Shown: piece after piece, positions 59,717 through 64,000 of the stretch
How the letters are laid out: every line of letters starts with the position of its first letter
How positions within the stretch are numbered: position 1 is the first letter of the stretch
Source of the DNA: Heterodontus francisci
Taxonomy: Eukaryota
Direction of reading: 5' to 3'
DNA length: 64,000 bases
Assembly (NCBI RefSeq): GCF_036365525.1
Contig: NC_090404.1
Span: 4,154,001-4,218,000, forward strand
Position numbers and translations under genes: made by a program
Notes under the pieces: generated by a model
Seen by the model: the letters and a program-made list of their open reading frames with translations, nothing else
Told to the model about the DNA's origin: nothing
Database searches by the model: none

Positions 59717-61015
59717 TTTTTATTCGTTACATGGGATGTGGGCGACGCTGGCCAGGCCAGCATTTATTGCCCATTCCTAATTGCCCTTGAGAAGGTGGTG
59801 GTGAGATGCCTTCTTCAACCGCTGCAGTCCATGTGCAGGTAGGTACGCACAGTGCTATTAGGAAGGGAGTTCCAGGTTTTGATGCAGCGACAGTGAAGGA
59901 ACAGCGATCTCGTTCGAAGTCAGGGTTGTGTGTGGCTTGGAGGGGATCTTGCAGGTGGTGGTGTTCCCAACCATTGCTGCCCTTGTCCTTCTAGGTGGTA
60001 GAGATCGCGGGTTTGGAAGGTACGTCGAATGAGCCTTGCTGCATTGCTGCAGTGCATCTTGTAGATGGCACACACTGCTGCCACTGTGTGTCGGTGGTGA
60101 AGCAAGTGAATGTTTGTGGATGGGGTACCAATCAAGCCGGTTGCTTTATCCTTGATGGTGTCCAGTTTCTTCTATGTTGTTGGAGCTACATCCATCCAGG
60201 CAAGTGGAGAGTATTCCCTCACACTCCTGACTTGTTCCTTGTAGATGGCAGACAGGCTTTGGGGAGTCAGGAGGTGAGTTACTCGCCGCAGGATTCCTAG
60301 CCTCTGACCTGCATTTGTAGTCACGGCTGCTCGTGTATGTTTCTGATCAATGTTCACCCTCAAGATGTTGATAGTGGGGGATTCGGCGATCACAATGCCA
60401 TTGAATGACAAGAGGAAATGGTTAGATTCTCTTTTGATGAAGATGGTCATTGCCTGGCACGTCGGTGGTGCGAACGTTGCTTGCCACTTATCAGTCCTCA
60501 CTGGATATTGTCCAGGTCTGGCTGTATTTCTACACGGGATGCTTCAGTATATGAGGAGTTGCGAATGGTGCTGAATATTGTGTAATCATCAGAGAACATC
60601 CTCACTTCTGGCCTTATGATTGAAGGAAGGTCATCGATGCATCAGCTTAAGATGGTTGGGCCTAGGACACTACCCTGAGGAACTCCTGCAATGATGTCTG
60701 GCAGCTGAGAATTTTGACCTCCAACAACCACAGCCATCGTCCTTTGCACAAGGTATGATTCCAACCAGTGGAAAATTTTCCCCCTGATTCCCATTGATTC
60801 CAGTTTTACTAGGGCTCCTTGGTGTCGTTCTCGGTCAAATGTTGCCTTGATGTCAAGGGCACTCACTCTCACCTCACCTCGAGAGTTCAGCTCTTTTGTC
60901 CATGTTTGAACCAAGGCGGTAATGAGGTCTGGAAATGAGTGGCCCTGGCGGAACCCAAACTGAGCGTCACTGAGCAGGTTATTGCTGAGCAAGTGCCGCT
61001 TGATGGCACTGTCAA
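59717..61015 (-). mobile_element. L2/CR1-group LINE RT and 3' end of a different family
   Basis: [37 protein letters not shown]; gggcaataaatgctggcc 3' tail shared with short elements in the window. Confidence 0.85.
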
Positions 61016-61092
61016 TGCACTAGTAATCCAGAAATGCAGGGTATTCCCTTCAGGGAAGGAGTTCGAATCCCACCATGACAGAAAGTGGACTG

Positions 61093-61198
61093 AAAGCAAA
61101 ATACTGCGGATGCTCGAAATCTGAAATAAAAACAAGAAATGCTGGAACCACTCAGCAGGTCGGGCAGCATCTGTGGAGAGAGAAGCAGAGTTAACGTT
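61093..61198 (-). mobile_element. Penelope-type short repeat truncated at the gttaacgtt palindrome
   Basis: Well-preserved match to the family arm. Confidence 0.7.
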
Positions 61199-61896
61199 AA
61201 GGGACACTGACTATGATGAGAGGTTGAGTAAATTGGCCGATATTCTCTGGAGTTTAGAAGAATGAGAGGTCTTCTAATTGACAGGGTGGAAGCTGAGAGA
61301 TGGTTTTCACTGGTCAGAGAATGCAGAAAACTGGGACACAGCCTTAGGATAAGGGACCAATCATTCAGGCGTCAGATGAGGAGAAATTACTACACTCAAA
61401 GCTTTGTGAATGTTTGGAATTCTCTACCACAGAGGGTTGTGGATGCGCCATTATTGCATACATTTAAGGCTGGGATAGATAGTTGTTTGGCTTCGCAAGG
61501 ATTCAAAGGGTATGGGGAGTGGCAGGAAAGTGGCGTTGAAGCCCAAGATCAGCCATGATCGTTTTAAATGGCGGAGCAGTCTCGATGGACCATATGATCT
61601 ACTTCTGCTCCTATTGCTTGTGTTCTTGTGGGAGCTCCCTTGGGCAGTGGTATTTGGCAAATAACCCTCTGGCTGGGTAATCTTTTGCAAGTTTCGATTG
61701 GATGCTGCTTTAATGCAACTGATGCATTTAAAACTTGCCTCCTCCCAACTGAATAGAATTCCGCAAGTGTTGTTGTCGAGAGTTGTCGACATTTGCAATT
61801 TCAGTGAGATCTTTGTTTCACAGCAGAGGCTGTTTATCGGTGTGACAGCGCCCTCTGGTGAGCACTAATCGGAACTCTCATTCTGGAGTTTTTGAC

Positions 61897-64000
61897 GAGA
61901 ACATCGGAGCAGGAGCAGTCCATACAGCCAATCGAGCCGACTCCGCCATTCAACACGATCTTGGCAGATCATCCACTTCAACGGCTTTTCCCACGCTATC
62001 TCCCCTTAATGCCATTGACGTCTAGAAATCATGTTAATGATTGCTTTAAATATCCTCATTGACTGAGTTTCCACAAACCGATGGGGTAGAGAATTCCAAA
62101 GATTCACAACCCTCTGAGTAATGACATTTCTCCTCATCTCTGCCTGAAGTGGTTTCACCCTTATTTTGAAATTGTGCCCCCTGGTTCTAGATCCCCCAAC
62201 AAGGGGAAACATCTTACCTGCATCTACCCTGTCTATCCCCTTAAGTATTTTGTAGGTTACAATGAGATCATCTCTCATTCTTCGAAACTCTAGAGAACAC
62301 AGGCCCAAGTTCCCCACTCTCTTTTCATAAGGCAGTCCTGCCATCCAGGGAGCAAGCCTGGTGAGCCTCGTTGCACTCTCTCTTTGGTAATAATATCCTT
62401 CCTCAGTAAGGGAACCAAAACGGCACACAATCCTGCAGGTGCTGTTTAACCGAGGTTCTATACAATTGAAGCCAGACTTCACTCGTCCCGTACTCAAAAC
62501 CTCTTGCAAAAAAATGATGAGAGATACAGCACTGAAACAGGCCCTTCGGCCCACCGAGTCTGTGCCGACCATCAACCACCCATTGATGCTAATGCTACTC
62601 TAATCCCATATTTCTACCACATCCCCACCTGTCCCTATATTTCCCGACCACCTACCTACACTAGGGGCAATTGCTAATGGCCAATTTACCTGTCAACCTG
62701 CAAGTCTTTGGCATGTGGGAGGAAACCGGAGCTCCCGGAGGAAACCCACTCAAACACAGGGAGAACATGCAAACTCCGCACAGGCAGTACCCAGAATTGA
62801 ACCCGGGACGCTGGAGCGGTGAGGCTGCGGTGCCACCCACTGCATTATTTAATCTCTTACTATTTAAGAAATACTCTGCACATCTATTCCTCCTAGCAAA
62901 GTGAATAATCTCACATTTTTCCACATTATGTCCATCTGCCACGTTCTTGCCCACTCACTAGGTCTCTCCAAATCCCCTTGAAGCCGCTTTGCATCTTCCT
63001 CACAACAGACATTCCGGTCTAGTTTTGTGTCATCCATGAACTTTGAAATATTACATTTGGTTCCCATATCTAAATCACTGACAAATATTGTGAACAGCTG
63101 GAGCCTAAATACTGATCCTCGCCGTACCTCACTAGTCACAGCCTGCTAATGCGAGAATTACCCATTTATTACTACTCTCTGCTTTCAGCCTGTTAACAAA
63201 TCCTTAAACTACTCCAGTATATATTACCTCCTATCGCATGTGCTTTCATTTTGCTGACCAACCTCCTGTGGAGGACTTCATCAAAACGTTCTGAAAATCC
63301 AAGTATACTACGTCCATTGACTCTCCTTCATCACTTCTGTTAGTAATATCTTCAAAAAAACTTCTAAAGGTTCGTCAAACATGATTTCCCACTCATAAAA
63401 CCATGTTTACTATGCACAGTCTGATCATTATTATCCAAGTGTCCACTTATTACATCCGTTACAATACATTCGAGCATTTCCCTAGCACTGATGTAAGACT
63501 AACAGGTCCGTATTTCCCTGTTTTCTCTCTCCCTCCCTTCTTAAATTGTGGGGTGACATTTCTCACCTTCCAATTTGCCGGAACCGTTCCAGAATCTATA
63601 GAATTTTGGAATATGATCACCAACACTTCCACTATCTCATAGTTTCCGCTTTTAAAACACTGGGATACGAACATAGGAATTCGGAGCAGGTGTAGGCCAC
63701 TCAGCCCCTCGAACCTGCTACACCATTCAATAAGTTCATGGCTGAACTGATTATTGCATATTACCACCTACCCCCGATCATCTTTCACCCCCTTGCTTAT
63801 CAAGAAGCTATCTACCTCCGCCTTAAACATATTCAAAGACTCTGCTTCCATTGCCTTCTGAGGAAGAGAGTTCCAAAGACTCACGAACCTCTGAGAGTAC
63901 TGGGATGAGAGAGGGATATACAATATCAGGTCCCATGGACTTATCAGCATTTAGCCCTATTAATTTCTCCAATACAACCTTCTTACTAACACCAAATTCC
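61897..64000 (-). mobile_element. CR1 LINE fragments with nested insertions
   Basis: SKFMDDTKL, WKVRNVTPQFKKGG, LEFRRMRDDLI. Confidence 0.8.
62520..62838 (-). mobile_element. HE1/V-SINE-like SINE nested in CR1
   Basis: Reverse complement of the 14693-15050 family. Confidence 0.85.

Larger units (their letters stand above)
59545..61625 (+). mobile_element. CR1 3' fragment (59545-59715 + 61200-61625) split by other elements
   Basis: QAIRKANGMLAF...FWSPHLRK then continues as ..YSLEFRRMRG.LI at 61200+. Confidence 0.65.

Noticed and set aside
22571-64000. A second V, IgW/IgNAR or TCR segment upstream
   Set aside because: No Ig-domain motifs or paired RSS found by eye or in the ORF track

Overview
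Eukaryotic (cartilaginous fish) genomic DNA, from memory very close to horn shark (Heterodontus) IgM. The minus strand carries one complete, unrearranged IgM heavy-chain minilocus: leader, VH, D1, D2, JH, CH1-CH4 with secretory tail, TM1 and TM2 (4528-20466). The RSS layout is V(23)-(12)D1(22)-(12)D2(12)-(23)J. The rest is repeat-dense. It holds many decayed and nested CR1-type LINEs, HE1/V-SINE-like and DeuSINE-like SINEs, a young 5'-truncated Tx1-clade LINE with an intact ORF2, Rex1 and Harbinger-Myb relics, 27-bp, 34-bp and ~66-bp tandem repeats, a tRNA-Glu relic and a 344-N gap. Best leads: (1) a short Penelope-type repeat family carrying minimal hammerhead-ribozyme cores (6 copies); (2) a degenerate CH2 splice donor followed by an in-frame stop; (3) a convergent pair of CTCF-like motifs bracketing the whole minilocus; (4) an unidentified ~430-bp unit present five times inside 27-bp arrays that repeatedly attracts LINE insertions. 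All calls are by eye. No searches were run, and TE boundaries are approximate unless a TSD is given.
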